Origin: an uncultured cyanobacterium
GTDB taxonomy: Bacteria > Cyanobacteriota > Cyanobacteriia > PCC-9006 > JAAUQQ01
Direction of reading: 5' to 3'
Assembly (NCBI GenBank): GCA_963718615.1
Contig: OY970368.1
Location: 1,472,001 to 1,536,000, forward strand
DNA: 64,000 bases
Part shown: positions 10,151-21,137 of the stretch, one piece after another
How the letters are laid out: the number at the start of each line of letters is the position of its first letter
Numbering within the stretch: position 1 is the stretch's first letter
Position numbers and translations under genes: made by a program
Notes under the pieces: model-generated
Seen by the model: only the letters and a program-made list of their open reading frames with translations
Database searches by the model: none
What the model was told of the DNA's origin: nothing

Positions 10151-11338
10151 TTAAAGCGTGACGAGGGGCCGCTGGCGAGAACCGCTCCAAACACAGAAGG
10201 CTGCGATCGCCAAGGCCAAACATCCCCCAATCACCGTCAGCGTCGGCGACAGGTTTCCCCCCAATTGCTTCAGCAACACGCCTGCCAAACCCACTCCCCC
10301 AAAGTACATCCCAACGCCGAGGGCGCTGCGATCGCTCGGTACTGCCCCCAGGGCAAAGGGAATCGTTCCATTTTGAATGAAGCTAAAGGCGATTCCGAGT
10401 AGCACGGTCACCCCTACCGCCGACCCCGGAATCTCGCCGTCCACGCCACTGAGTCCCAGGGCTGCTAATCCCAATGCCGCCGCCCCAGCCCCCACCGCCA
10501 GAGCCGGTCGAGCGCCCGTCTGTCCTGCTACCCAGCCTGCGGGTAAGACGCTGAGCAAATGGGTAATTGTAAAGATCGTGACTAAACCTAGGGTCGTTTG
10601 GGCGGATTGGAGGGGCGATCGCATTAATCCCAACCCCACGGTTAAAGCGGCCCCGGCGGCAAAGACCCAGAGCAGATTTTGTTTGGGTAGCGCCCGAAGG
10701 GGCGTGAGCTGGGTGCTCTGTTCTACGAGGATTTGTTCATCGGGGGCGGACCAGCGCAGAACCAAGGCCGCGAGCAAGAGCACCGCCGAAGAAATACCAA
10801 AAGCCATGACCGGCCCCAAACTCAAAATCCAGTTGCGGGCAAACAGGCCCGTGCTGCCTGCGATCGCCCCAAACAAAATCACAATACTGACCGCCTGAGC
10901 CAGCCCGGAGCCGACGGCATATTGGGCTAAGAGTCCGAGGATGGGGCTACGGAAGATCGTCATGGCGATCGCCCAAGCCACCAGGGCAATCGGCAACAGC
11001 AACCCCAGCCCTCCGACCACGCTGGCACTACCCCCGGCAAGCAAAGGAATCACCATGAAAATCAGGGCTGCGAGCCCAATGCCCAGGGCAATAAACGGAA
11101 AACGCGACCCCATCCACACCCTAGCCCGTTCTGAAAGGGCTCCCATGGTGGGTTCGAGGGGAATGGCGAGCAGCGCTTCGAGGGTCAGTACGCGGTTCGC
11201 GAAGTCATCGGGGTAGCCCGCTTGTTCCAAAAGTTGGGGAATATAAAGGCCATAGGTGACCCAGGCGAGGGAGATAGAAGCCTGGACCGCTGCGACGCCG
11301 CAGACCTGCGCCCAGAGAATAGATTGCCGTTGCATCAT
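10151..11338 (-). CDS. MFS transporter
   Basis: About 12 hydrophobic segments with an MFS loop motif (GALSERAR...SRFP); start taken at ATG 11338. Confidence 0.75.
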   Translation of the reverse strand: MMQRQSILWAQVCGVAAVQASISLAWVTYGLYIPQLLEQAGYPDDFANRVLTLEALLAIPLEPTMGALSERARVWMGSRFPFIALGIGLAALIFMVIPLLAGGSASVVGGLGLLLPIALVAWAIAMTIFRSPILGLLAQYAVGSGLAQAVSIVILFGAIAGSTGLFARNWILSLGPVMAFGISSAVLLLAALVLRWSAPDEQILVEQSTQLTPLRALPKQNLLWVFAAGAALTVGLGLMRSPLQSAQTTLGLVTIFTITHLLSVLPAGWVAGQTGARPALAVGAGAAALGLAALGLSGVDGEIPGSAVGVTVLLGIAFSFIQNGTIPFALGAVPSDRSALGVGMYFGGVGLAGVLLKQLGGNLSPTLTVIGGCLALAIAAFCVWSGSRQRPLVTL

Positions 11339-11397
11339 GTCACAGCGTTTCTCCCTCAAGATAAGCTAATCGCGTTAATATCAGGGTTCCCGTGAGT

Positions 11398-12354
11398 TTA
11401 AACCTTCGGATCACCGACGATCGCCTTAACCCCTTCGATGGTCGCCGGAATATTACCCGGATCCATAAACATCACCTTACTGCTACTACTTTCGCCGATT
11501 TTCTGACCCATTTCGAGATAATGCTGCGCCACCAGGAATTGCAAACTTTCCGCACCCTTGGGATTCTGCTGCAACGCCTCACTGACGATTTTGAGCGCCT
11601 CCGCCGTAGCGTGGGCTTTGAGGACTGCCTCCTGCCGAATCGCTTGGGCACGCATGACGATCGCCTTCTGTTCCGCTTCCGCATCGAGCAAAACGGATTT
11701 TTGCCGCGCTTCCGCATCCAAAACGCGGGCTTCAGCTTGCCCCCGTGCGCTGTTGATGGCGGAATCCTTTTCCCCCTCCGAAGTCAAAATTGCTGCCCGC
11801 TTGCGCCGTTCCGCCGCCATTTGCAGCTCCATGGAATCCAGCACCGCCTTCGAAGGCACAATGTCCCGCAGCTCCACACGGGTTACTTTGACACCCCAGG
11901 GATCCGTAGCAATATCGAGCTCCCGCAGCAGCACTTCATTGACCGCCGCCCTTGCCGTAAAGGTTTCGTCCAGCTCCAGCTTGCCCATCTGCTCCCGAAT
12001 CTGGGTCAGCACCAGGTTAACCATGGCCGCCTGCAAATTTTGGACCTTGTAATAGGCCTTTTCCAAATTCATAATCCGCCAGTAGACGACCGCATCGGCG
12101 GTGATAGAAACGTTGTCCCGCGTAATACAGTTTTGGGGGGGAATATCCAGCACCCGCTCCCGCACCGTTTCCTTGGCGACAATTTGATCAATAAACGGCA
12201 CAAGAAAATTAAGACCGGGCTCTAACTTTTTGCCATTATATTTACCGAGGGTTTCCACAAGGGCCTGGTTGCCCTGGTTGATAATTTTGACCGAACTGGC
12301 GAGGACGCTACCGCCCAGCGCCAGGGTGATTAACATACTGATGAAGCTGCCCAT
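11398..12354 (-). CDS. SPFH/stomatin-like (band 7) protein
   Basis: Motifs [35 protein letters not shown]; N-terminal TM. Confidence 0.92.
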   Translation of the reverse strand: MGSFISMLITLALGGSVLASSVKIINQGNQALVETLGKYNGKKLEPGLNFLVPFIDQIVAKETVRERVLDIPPQNCITRDNVSITADAVVYWRIMNLEKAYYKVQNLQAAMVNLVLTQIREQMGKLELDETFTARAAVNEVLLRELDIATDPWGVKVTRVELRDIVPSKAVLDSMELQMAAERRKRAAILTSEGEKDSAINSARGQAEARVLDAEARQKSVLLDAEAEQKAIVMRAQAIRQEAVLKAHATAEALKIVSEALQQNPKGAESLQFLVAQHYLEMGQKIGESSSSKVMFMDPGNIPATIEGVKAIVGDPKV

Positions 12355-12474
12355 GGTTGGGATCTCCTATGTGAATGGATCAGGGGGATGCAGATTGAAC
12401 AATGAAAAACGGAAGATGGAAGATGAAAAAGGTGAAAGCTGGAAATGGAAGAGGAAAGGAATTAGCCAGCGGGG

Positions 12475-12906
12475 TTAGGGGAGGAGGTATTGAGGGAGGA
12501 CAATGAGGGTGGTGCCTTCTTGGCGCAGAACCGCAACGGGTTGGTTGGGGGCGATCGCCTCATCCGGATCCGCACAGCGGGCCTGCCAAGAATTGCCTTC
12601 ATAAAGCACCCGCCCCGTAGCTCCAGCGGGAATTTCGGTCAAGGTTTGAGCCTCCAGCGCATCCATGGATGATCCCTGGCGACGATGACCGAGGGAGAGA
12701 CGACGAAATCCAAACAGCAGAGCCGTAGAGAGGACTAACCAGAGAACAACCTGGAGCGTCAGTGACGGAATCAGAAAGGCAACAAAGGCAACAACAAAGG
12801 CACTGAGTCCTAAGGCCGATTCAACAAAGGCCGTTGGAATCAACAGCTCCATCAGGCAGAGGAGGAGGCCAGCGATCGCCCAAACATAGGCAGGATTCAT
12901 AGTCAT
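12475..12906 (-). CDS. NfeD-family protein (short form)
   Basis: TM hairpins plus OB-fold motif GRVLYEGNSWQA; directly upstream of the SPFH gene. Confidence 0.88.
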   Translation of the reverse strand: MTMNPAYVWAIAGLLLCLMELLIPTAFVESALGLSAFVVAFVAFLIPSLTLQVVLWLVLSTALLFGFRRLSLGHRRQGSSMDALEAQTLTEIPAGATGRVLYEGNSWQARCADPDEAIAPNQPVAVLRQEGTTLIVLPQYLLP

Positions 12907-13215
12907 GGCTGTGGATGTGCGCCGGGATGCCTAGGTAATTGGAACTACAGGGGCGATCGCCCCCATTTCGGTCGACTTCTTTCTATCAACTTCTTCGGTC
13001 AACTTCAAAACGCGCTTCTTTCAGTATAGTGTGGCCCCAAATAGACCGTTGGGCGGCTTTCCAAGAGCAGAGGCAACGCAATGCGGCGAATCTGCTCTAC
13101 ACTAAATGCCTTGAGAGCAGGCTTGCTGAGGTCGGTCGTTTTCCCGTTTTTTCCCGGTGATCTGTTCTCTAACCTGCGGTGAGTTGTCGTTTATTGATTT
13201 CCCCTTTTCCAACCC

Positions 13216-15249
13216 ATGACCGGCGTTGAACCTGTAATTAATCCTTACCTTTGGGCTTTGGGAGATGCGGCCTTGGACCTCGCACCGGGGGCAGAGGTGG
13301 CGGGTCGCTATCGGGTGATTGCGCCGCAGGTCTGGCTCGATACCCAGCCGGAAGTGCCCATTGAACCGCCGGATGAGATTCATCGGGAACTGTTGCCCTA
13401 TCTCTATCTTTATCCCCAGCGGCTGCATCTGCCGATTGTCTATGATGTTTGCACCGTGGAGGACTATCCCTCCCCCGTAGTGCTGCTGGAGAATGTGCCG
13501 CTAGAGGGAGCCGGAAGCCTGCAGCCCTGCTTTTTGACCCAGATGGAACAGGCGAGTACGCTACGGCAAATCTCTTGGTTTGCGCAAATTTTAGACCTTT
13601 GGGAGCCGTTGTCACAGTTGGGCGTGGCGGCGAGCTTGCTGGTGGATGACAATCTGCGGGTGGAAGGCTGGCGGATTCGGCTGCGGGAGCTCTATGCGGC
13701 CCTGGGAGAGGATTCGCCCCTGGGGACCGGGTTGGGGAAAAACCGCTATGTGGGGGAGGTGCAACTGCCGGAATTGGTTCATTTGGGCGATCGCTGGCTG
13801 AGTTGGGCCGATAAGGTCGATCCTCGTATCCAGGCAGACCTCAAGGCCATAGGTGAACGGTTACGGGATGTGGATGCAGAGCTTAGCGATGTGGCGCAGC
13901 AGTTGAATGTGCTATTGCTCAAGCAGACGGCCCAGTTTCCGCTCCGGATTCAGACCGCCGGCCAAACGGATCCCGGACCCCAGCATCGCCAGAACGAAGA
14001 CACCTGCTATCCGCTCCCCAGTGATCTCAAAAATCGCGGCGTGTCTCCAGATAGTCTTTTGATTCCCCATGTGGCGATCGTCTGTGATGGCATTGGGGGT
14101 CATGAGGGGGGGGAAGTGGCCAGCCAGATGGCGGTGCGATCGCTCAAACTCCAGCTTCAAGCCTTTCTGGGCGAATTTTCCCATAGCACAACGCCCCTAC
14201 CGCCTCAGGTGATCATGGAGCAGTTGGCCGCCAGCGTCCGCGTCGTCAATAACCTGATCAGCAACCAAAACGACTCCCAGGAGCGGGAAGCCCGTCAGCG
14301 AATGGGCACAACGCTGGTGATGGCGGTGCATGTGCAACAACCCTTGGCCGCAGAGGGTCCGTTTGGCCATGAGATTTATTTGATCAATGTGGGCGATAGC
14401 CGCGCCTACTGGATTACCCAGCGCTATTGTCAGGGGTTGACGGTCGATAATGATGTGGCCTGCCGGGAGGTGCGTCTCGGTCGCGATTTGTACCGCAGCG
14501 TTCTGCAACGGTCCGATTCAGGATCCCTCACCCAAGCCTTGGGAACCCGCGACGGTCAATATTTACAGGTGACGGTCCAGCGGTTGATTTTGGATGAGGA
14601 CGGCCTTTTGCTCCTTTGCTCCGATGGGCTGAGCGACCATGGTCAGGTGGAAATGGCCTGGGCCGATTCGGTGGCGACGACGCTGAGTGGTCAGATTGCC
14701 CTGGAGGAAGCAGCCCAAGACTGGGTGGACATTGCCAATGAGCGCAACGGCCACGATAACGTTTCGGTGGTGATTAGTCGCTGTCGGGTGTCGCCGGATT
14801 ATCCAGTGGTACTGGATTCCGGGGCGATCGCCACCACCGCTCCGCCTGCCGATGCCCTCACCGCTGCCTCCGAAGCGCTCTTGGCCGGGGTTCCTGCTGC
14901 CAGCGACCCCGATACGGTTGTGAAGCCCCCCAGTCGGGTGCTGGCGTTGCTCAAGGGAATTTTGGCCTTTTTGATCATGCTGGGTCTGGGTGGACTGATT
15001 GGCTATGTGGCCTTCAAGCAGTTGCGGCCTAGCGAACCTCAACCTGGAGAAGTCTTACCCGGAGAACCCTTACCGGGAAATACGCCGCTGCCGCCAACAC
15101 CGGGGACACCGCTCTCGGAACCAACGCCCCTGAATGGCAATCCATCGAGCGAGACGCCAAACGAAACCCCCGGTGAAACGCTTAATGAAACACCTGGTGA
15201 AACCCCCAGCGAAACCTCGCCGGACAATCAAGAACCTGCTGCCCCCTAG
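13216..15249 (+). CDS. PP2C-family Ser/Thr protein phosphatase with N-terminal extension, a TM helix and a Pro/Glu/Thr-rich tail
   Basis: Motifs RQNED, VCDGIGGH, NVGDSRAY, LCSDGL, HDN; ETPx tandem repeats at the C-terminus. Confidence 0.88.
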   Translation: MTGVEPVINPYLWALGDAALDLAPGAEVAGRYRVIAPQVWLDTQPEVPIEPPDEIHRELLPYLYLYPQRLHLPIVYDVCTVEDYPSPVVLLENVPLEGAGSLQPCFLTQMEQASTLRQISWFAQILDLWEPLSQLGVAASLLVDDNLRVEGWRIRLRELYAALGEDSPLGTGLGKNRYVGEVQLPELVHLGDRWLSWADKVDPRIQADLKAIGERLRDVDAELSDVAQQLNVLLLKQTAQFPLRIQTAGQTDPGPQHRQNEDTCYPLPSDLKNRGVSPDSLLIPHVAIVCDGIGGHEGGEVASQMAVRSLKLQLQAFLGEFSHSTTPLPPQVIMEQLAASVRVVNNLISNQNDSQEREARQRMGTTLVMAVHVQQPLAAEGPFGHEIYLINVGDSRAYWITQRYCQGLTVDNDVACREVRLGRDLYRSVLQRSDSGSLTQALGTRDGQYLQVTVQRLILDEDGLLLLCSDGLSDHGQVEMAWADSVATTLSGQIALEEAAQDWVDIANERNGHDNVSVVISRCRVSPDYPVVLDSGAIATTAPPADALTAASEALLAGVPAASDPDTVVKPPSRVLALLKGILAFLIMLGLGGLIGYVAFKQLRPSEPQPGEVLPGEPLPGNTPLPPTPGTPLSEPTPLNGNPSSETPNETPGETLNETPGETPSETSPDNQEPAAP

Positions 15250-15369
15250 AGTAGGCTCAACTCAAAACGTTACAATACCCCAACACTTTGTAGCTCAGGC
15301 GACGATTTTGGCGGGCCTGACTGCTTGAATCTTGTGTCTCATTTGGTTGTTGTCTAGAGGAGAAAGTCC

Positions 15370-15603
15370 ATGAAAGTTGGCGATCGCGTGCGGGTAAAAG
15401 AGTCGGTCACGGTGTATCACTATCCGCAGAAGGTGCATCAACCCATCGATATCCAAGGATTTGAAGGGGAAGTCGTCGCGATCGCGACGGAGTGGCATGG
15501 TAAACCCATCAGCGCCAATTTGCCGGTTTGCGTCAAGTTTGATGTCAATGGCAAACCCCTGCGCACCCATCTGCGGGAGGATGAGATCGAAGCGTTGGGT
15601 TAG
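15370..15603 (+). CDS. ftrV: Ferredoxin-thioredoxin reductase variable chain
   Basis: MKVGDRVRVKESVTVYH...W(H)GKPISANLP...HLREDE; GAGGAG ribosome-binding site. Confidence 0.88.
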   Translation: MKVGDRVRVKESVTVYHYPQKVHQPIDIQGFEGEVVAIATEWHGKPISANLPVCVKFDVNGKPLRTHLREDEIEALG

Positions 15604-15827
15604 AAATGTCGGCCCAGGAAAAATCGGAAGAGGTTGAATTCGCCCCGCATTTGCTCCAGCTCCTGGCGATTTTGCTGGGCGATCGCCTCGTACCAGTTGC
15701 AATAGTCTTCAAAGGCTTGGCGCTGACCCACTTCGTGCCGAAATTCAACGGCTAACTGGTGCCCTTGAAACTGCTCCGGCGCAATTTCAGGCAAGGGCAC
15801 AATGGACTGCAGGGGTTCCTGGGCCAT
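15600..15827 (-). CDS. Small conserved cyanobacterial hypothetical protein
   Basis: MAQEPLQSIVPLP...EFRHEV...FEDYCNWY; convergent with ftrV with overlapping stop regions. Confidence 0.6.
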   Translation of the reverse strand: MAQEPLQSIVPLPEIAPEQFQGHQLAVEFRHEVGQRQAFEDYCNWYEAIAQQNRQELEQMRGEFNLFRFFLGRHF

Positions 15828-15864
15828 AACCGCAAGGGGAGAATAAAGAGCAAATATCTTCAGT

Positions 15865-16815
15865 TTAGCCCTGTTGCCTAGCTTGGCGACTGGCAACCCC
15901 CCGCATCATTTCTCGATGGAGCGTTCCTGCAATTCGCTTGGCGACGGTATCGCTGCTCCAATAGCTGCCGTGGGCATTGCCCCCGTTAATCAGGGCTAGA
16001 AACGACCCCTGCAAGAGCCAAGCCAAAATTTCTAAAGGTCCTCGACCCTGAACTAAAATATCATCCACCTTTACCGATGGACCCACGAGACCGGGTAAGA
16101 GCCGTTCTAAGGGCCAAGCAATGGGATCGCCGGGATGGACAAAATTGAGCCAAGGGATCCGGCCATTGAGCCGAGCGCTCTGCTCTAGCAACTGCACCAG
16201 TTCCAGACTGATGTTGTGGCTGCTGTCGGGCCCGGTCTCATTGATGAGACTAAACAACACCAAGGGTGAACCCAGGGTCGAAATGCTGGTGAGCAGCAAA
16301 CCGGTCTCGGGGTCTTGACCCATGCCAAAGACACGATCGCGCACTTGTTGCACCAACTGCCGTTCTTCCTCGCTCAAGCTGATGGATTCCCAGCGATTGG
16401 CAAACAGGATGTCAAACAAGATGGCTGTTCCCCAACTGTGGGTGACGAGGTGGAGGCGATCGCCCGGTTGGGCATCTGCGATGCCTGCGGCAGCTTGACG
16501 GGCCAATTGGCTCACGGTTTCAAACCCCACATGCCGACTGATATAAAGCGCTGCATCGCCCACAAACTCAAGGATTTCATCCAGCCGAAATGGACGGAAC
16601 CAAAATGATTGCCAAGTGCTCGTTTGCGTAATCTGAGGTCGTAGTTGCTTGAGACGATTCTCCACCACATCTCCCCAATAGAGAGGCACATAGCGGGCTT
16701 GGGTGGGTACGGCAGAGCGCTGGATGGTGCGATCCAAGGCGGCAATCAGCTTTTCGGCATAGTGGCGATTGCGAACATTCACACCATGGATAAACAAAAA
16801 GTAATCGGTGGTCAT
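15865..16815 (-). CDS. Alpha/beta-hydrolase-fold hypothetical protein
   Basis: Motifs FIHGV, THSWG nucleophile elbow, TLGSP, GDPI, HGSYW. Confidence 0.7.
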   Translation of the reverse strand: MTTDYFLFIHGVNVRNRHYAEKLIAALDRTIQRSAVPTQARYVPLYWGDVVENRLKQLRPQITQTSTWQSFWFRPFRLDEILEFVGDAALYISRHVGFETVSQLARQAAAGIADAQPGDRLHLVTHSWGTAILFDILFANRWESISLSEEERQLVQQVRDRVFGMGQDPETGLLLTSISTLGSPLVLFSLINETGPDSSHNISLELVQLLEQSARLNGRIPWLNFVHPGDPIAWPLERLLPGLVGPSVKVDDILVQGRGPLEILAWLLQGSFLALINGGNAHGSYWSSDTVAKRIAGTLHREMMRGVASRQARQQG

Positions 16816-17062
16816 GGTTCCCCTGGTAAAGAAAGATAAATTTAGTTGTCGAATTTGTTGCAAAGATCGCCTGACTCGTTATTTCCGTTGCGTTTCGTTG
16901 CCGCCGGTAGGTTTTCTTTGCCCCGTTTGTCATGATAAACCTCAGCAAAGCGCGACGTTGGTCAAGGGTGATGTGGTAGTCAACCCTGGCATTGCTCGGC
17001 AGGGCTCTACCCATTCCAGGAGGCCCTGCTATTTTTCGGGTTTTTCAGGGGGCTTAGACCTC

Positions 17063-18037
17063 ATGGTTCGGGGAAAAAAACAAGATTCTTTGACGTCGGA
17101 GCCGCGTCGTTGCGCCGAAGTGGCCCAGGGGGCGATCGCGCAAACCCTAGACCAGCTCAGTCGCTATTACACACTGGTCCTGGCGGATCAAGACCCGGAA
17201 CCCCTGCATCAAATGCGAGTCAACCTACGACGCTTGCGAACGCTACTGGTCACCTTTGAGGTCGTCCTAGGGCTGCCTCGGGAGCGAACCCTCAAACAGA
17301 TTCGCAAGCTCAATCGCGTTCTGGGGGCAGTTCGAGACCTTGATGTTTTGCACGAGGGTTTAAAGTCTGACTATGGACCGTTGATGCCGAAGTCAGAGCA
17401 GGCCCCCTTGCGGGAGCTGCGCCAGCAACTCAAGCATCAGCGAAAACAGCGGTTTCGGAAACTGCATGAGGCCTTGGAACAAGCGTTGGAACCCCAACTC
17501 CAAAATGAGAGCCAGAGTTCACCGGGCGCTGCGGAAGGAGGCTTGAAGCAATCGATCGAGGCTTGGCTGGCGGATTCCCCTGGGATCTCATCCCTGGGTG
17601 ACTATTCCGTGGAGGCGATCGCCCCCGATTTACTCTTGCCTTTGCTCAGCCAACTATTCTTGCATCCGGGGCTGCATCTCCCGATTCCGGGGCGGCGGTC
17701 CTCACTCCAGCCGGAGCAGGTGCGATCGCTCCATCAGTTGCGCAAGCAGGTCAAGTCCACTCGCTATCCCCTCGAACTCCTGCGGGAAATGCAAGCCGTG
17801 AATGCCGAGGAATTGCTGGCACTACTCAAAGACAGTCAGAAAATTCTAGGCAAGCTTCAGGACTTGGCCGTTTGTCGTGAATTTGCCGAAGCGGTATTGG
17901 ACCAAGCCCTAGAATGCAAAATGCCCACCTTTGCCCAACGGCTCCATCAGCAACAAACCGAGATTCTGCAAGCTTGGAAACCGCTTCAGTGCCAGTGGGT
18001 TGATCCGGAGGTCCGGGCGAGACTGCGTCAGATTTGA
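17063..18037 (+). CDS. CHAD-domain (polyphosphate-binding) protein
   Basis: Motifs LHQMRVNLRRLR, LGAVRDLDV, LHQLRKQVKSTRY, LGKLQD; start uncertain. Confidence 0.85.
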   Translation: MVRGKKQDSLTSEPRRCAEVAQGAIAQTLDQLSRYYTLVLADQDPEPLHQMRVNLRRLRTLLVTFEVVLGLPRERTLKQIRKLNRVLGAVRDLDVLHEGLKSDYGPLMPKSEQAPLRELRQQLKHQRKQRFRKLHEALEQALEPQLQNESQSSPGAAEGGLKQSIEAWLADSPGISSLGDYSVEAIAPDLLLPLLSQLFLHPGLHLPIPGRRSSLQPEQVRSLHQLRKQVKSTRYPLELLREMQAVNAEELLALLKDSQKILGKLQDLAVCREFAEAVLDQALECKMPTFAQRLHQQQTEILQAWKPLQCQWVDPEVRARLRQI

Positions 18038-18050
18038 AGGTGCGATTTCG

Positions 18051-19319
18051 CTAATGCGATTTTGCTAAAAAATATCCGAGCAAATAGAGGGAGCCGCAGA
18101 AAACAATGCAGTCCCCAGGCTGATTGTGGGTGGCGAATGTCAGGGCCTCAAAAATGTCCAGCGTTGCTTGACTGACGGCGAGATCAGGACAAACTTGTAA
18201 GGCCAACGCACTCAGCTCACCAGGGTCTGCTGAGCTATGGTCTGGGACTGGCGCGGTGTAGAGGCGATCGCCCCCCCGCAACAAAGCCCGCAACACTGCC
18301 TCATGTTCCTTGGTACTCAGCATGCCCATCACCCAGGTTACCGGCTGTCCGGCTTGAACCGACGCCAATGTATCAACATAGGCTCTGAGTTCCACCGCTG
18401 CGGCAGGATTGTGAGCGCCATCCGTGAGGATTTTCTGGCCTTGCCAGTGGAGCCATTCCATCCGTCCTGGCCAACGGGTTTGGGCCATGCCTTGGGCGAT
18501 CGCCTCGTCTGGGATGGTCCAGCCTTGGGAGCGGAGGGATTGGAGGGTGGCGATGGCGATCGCAGAATTGGTTAACTGAATCGGCCCCAACAGCGGCAGC
18601 GGATAGCGAATGCCATAGGCTTGAACGGTTCTCGTGTCTTGATCGACTTCTACTGCCGGTTCAACCCAGGTTGCAGGACAATTGAGGGCGTCAATTCGCG
18701 CTTGCACAACTTGCTGGGCTTCTGTCGGCAGAGGACCGATAATCGCGGGGCAATGGGGTTTAAGAATTCCGGCTTTTTCCGTCGCAATTTTGGTGAGCGT
18801 ATCCCCCAGCACTTGCCAATGTTCTTTGCTAATTGAGGTAATGACGCTGGCCAGAGGTTGTGTACACACATTGGTGGCATCCAGCCGACCGCCGAGACCC
18901 ACTTCAATCACGGCAACCTCCACCCGTTGCTGAGCAAAGTAGAGCCAAGCCGCAGCGGTGACGATCTCAAAGAGGGTCGGCGTGGGCTGCTGCGGATCCA
19001 CGGCGGCGATAACTTGCTTGAGAATGGTTTCAAGCTCTGTTTGGGTAATGGATTGCTGATTGAGACAAATCCGCTCGGTCCAATCGATCAGATGGGGGGA
19101 GGTATAACGCCCTGTGCGATACCCCGCTGCGGTTAGGACTGACGCCAGGTAGGCACAGACTGACCCTTTGCCGTTGCTTCCCGCCACATGGATGAGAGGA
19201 ATCTGGTGATGGGGAGCCCCGAGGCGATCGAGCAAATGCTCAATGCGGCTTAAGCCAAGGTTGACGCCAAATTGCTGAAAGGGTTGAAGCAGTTGATCAA
19301 TGCTGGACGGGTATGTCAT
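18051..19319 (-). CDS. folC: Dihydrofolate synthase/folylpolyglutamate synthase
   Basis: Motifs HVAGSNGKGS, YTSPHL, EVGLGGRLDATN, DGAHN. Confidence 0.95.
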   Translation of the reverse strand: MTYPSSIDQLLQPFQQFGVNLGLSRIEHLLDRLGAPHHQIPLIHVAGSNGKGSVCAYLASVLTAAGYRTGRYTSPHLIDWTERICLNQQSITQTELETILKQVIAAVDPQQPTPTLFEIVTAAAWLYFAQQRVEVAVIEVGLGGRLDATNVCTQPLASVITSISKEHWQVLGDTLTKIATEKAGILKPHCPAIIGPLPTEAQQVVQARIDALNCPATWVEPAVEVDQDTRTVQAYGIRYPLPLLGPIQLTNSAIAIATLQSLRSQGWTIPDEAIAQGMAQTRWPGRMEWLHWQGQKILTDGAHNPAAAVELRAYVDTLASVQAGQPVTWVMGMLSTKEHEAVLRALLRGGDRLYTAPVPDHSSADPGELSALALQVCPDLAVSQATLDIFEALTFATHNQPGDCIVFCGSLYLLGYFLAKSH

Positions 19320-19359
19320 ATGAAATACGTGCGATTCCAGTAAGCGTATGTGAAAACAC

Positions 19360-19384
19360 AATCAAGAATCAAGAATCAAGAATC
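19360..19384 (+). repeat. Heptamer tandem repeat (AATCAAG)x3 (STRR-type)
   Basis: Read directly from the sequence. Confidence 0.7.
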
Positions 19385-19450
19385 TCTGGAGAGGCTGAGA
19401 CCTCTTGAATAAGTCTCAAGCCAAAGCGACAACGTCGATTGCGAAATCCC

Positions 19451-20692
19451 CTAAGAAAAATCCTCAAACCACCCCTTTCGCCAGAAAAACACCACCAATC
19501 CCCCCGCGATCGCCCCCATCCCCAACAAACAAGCCGGATAGCCATAGGCCCAGTTCAGCTCCGGCATATTCCAGCGCGAGACCTCTGGATTAAAGTTCAT
19601 TCCATACAGCCCCACCACAAACGAAAGCGGAATGAAAATGGTCGAGATAATCGTCAAAAACTTCATCACCTCATTCATTCGATTACTCACCGAAGATAGA
19701 TAGATATCCATCAACCCCGTCGCCAACTCCCGATAAGACTCCACAATATCCAGAATTTGCACCACATGGTCATAGCAATCCTGCAAATGTAACCGCACTT
19801 CCGACGAAATCAGCGGACTGCCATCACGAATCAGTTGAGTGAGCATTTCCCGCTGAGGCCAAATGGCGCGACGCAAAATCAAAAGCTCTCGCCGCAATCG
19901 ATAAATTTTTTTGACCGTCACCTTGGAAGGATGGCTAATGACTTCGTCTTCCAAATCTTCAATAATTTCACCATAGTCCTCTAGCACCGGGAAAAACCCG
20001 TCAATAATCGCATCTAACAGCGCATAGGTGAGATAGTCCGGTCCCCATTGACGAATTTGGCCGCGATCGTGGCGGATGCGATCGCGCACTGGCCCAAAGC
20101 AATCCAACTCCGGCTCCTCTTGTACCGTCAACAAATAATGGGGACCGAGAATAAAGCTCACTTGCTCGTTATAAAACTTGCGACCGCTGGGATAGGGCGT
20201 TACCATCCGGGCAATAATCACCAACTGATCGGGATACTGTTCCACCTTCGGGCGTTGCGGCACATTCACCACATCCTCCAACACCAGCCGATGAAGACTA
20301 AACGTATCCCCCACCTGCCGCAACACCGTTTCGCTCCCTAGCCCACGTACATCCAGCCAAGACACCTCTTCACTGGTAATGGCTTCGGGTTGGAGCTGCC
20401 CAATTTCAATGGTTTGGGAGTAAGCTCCCTGCTGGGAATATTCGATCAAGACTAGCTCCGGGGGGGTCGCGTCCTCCTCGATGTAGAGCGTGCCTGGAAC
20501 ATCGCCAATGTCATCGTAATAATCTTCAAAATATTCGTCTTCGTCCTCCGGATCGGGAGGGAGCGGAGCCGGTATTGTGGCCTGCAAGGTGGGGGTTGGG
20601 GGGCGATCGCCAGCACTGCCAGCACCATTACGCTGCTGAGCAAAGAAACGTCGAGCAAAGGGCAGCCAAGGGCGCTGGCGAGAATAACGCAT
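19451..20692 (-). CDS. corA: Magnesium/cobalt transporter CorA
   Basis: YGMNF and MPEL motifs; two C-terminal TMs. Confidence 0.95.
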   Translation of the reverse strand: MRYSRQRPWLPFARRFFAQQRNGAGSAGDRPPTPTLQATIPAPLPPDPEDEDEYFEDYYDDIGDVPGTLYIEEDATPPELVLIEYSQQGAYSQTIEIGQLQPEAITSEEVSWLDVRGLGSETVLRQVGDTFSLHRLVLEDVVNVPQRPKVEQYPDQLVIIARMVTPYPSGRKFYNEQVSFILGPHYLLTVQEEPELDCFGPVRDRIRHDRGQIRQWGPDYLTYALLDAIIDGFFPVLEDYGEIIEDLEDEVISHPSKVTVKKIYRLRRELLILRRAIWPQREMLTQLIRDGSPLISSEVRLHLQDCYDHVVQILDIVESYRELATGLMDIYLSSVSNRMNEVMKFLTIISTIFIPLSFVVGLYGMNFNPEVSRWNMPELNWAYGYPACLLGMGAIAGGLVVFFWRKGWFEDFS

Positions 20693-20767
20693 GGCAAGTC
20701 TATCGAACTGGCAAACGAGAGGATCAAGACAATTATCCCAGCTCGTTTAGCCCCATGGTCTCTCTCT

Positions 20768-21055
20768 TTATTCCGGCTTCGGCTTGCGTTTCTTGGTATT
20801 AAACAGGCTAGACATGCTGAGTCCCGTCACCAGGAGGCCAATTAAGCCGAGGCCATTGAGGATAGGATAGACCGCTTCAAGATGGAAAATCTCCCCCGTA
20901 TGAATCTCCATCAACCAGCGTGGAGAGAGGCCAATATTCAGCCCCCATTCCCGTACAAAGGTCGCGGCCATCCCCGTAATCACCGTCAAGAAGACAGGAA
21001 TAGCAACCACTAAGGCAAGCCAGCGATGATACTTGCGAAATAGACGTTTAATCAT
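20768..21055 (-). CDS. Small PepSY-associated TM-helix membrane protein
   Basis: Motifs FRKYHRWL, LMEIHTG, LLVTGL; 95 aa from ATG 21055. Confidence 0.7.
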   Translation of the reverse strand: MIKRLFRKYHRWLALVVAIPVFLTVITGMAATFVREWGLNIGLSPRWLMEIHTGEIFHLEAVYPILNGLGLIGLLVTGLSMSSLFNTKKRKPKPE

Positions 21056-21137
21056 GGATTTCAATGACGTTGAGGGTCTAATGAGGAGGCCAAGGCGATC
21101 GCTAGGAAATGCACCAAGAAATGCGCCAAGAAATGCG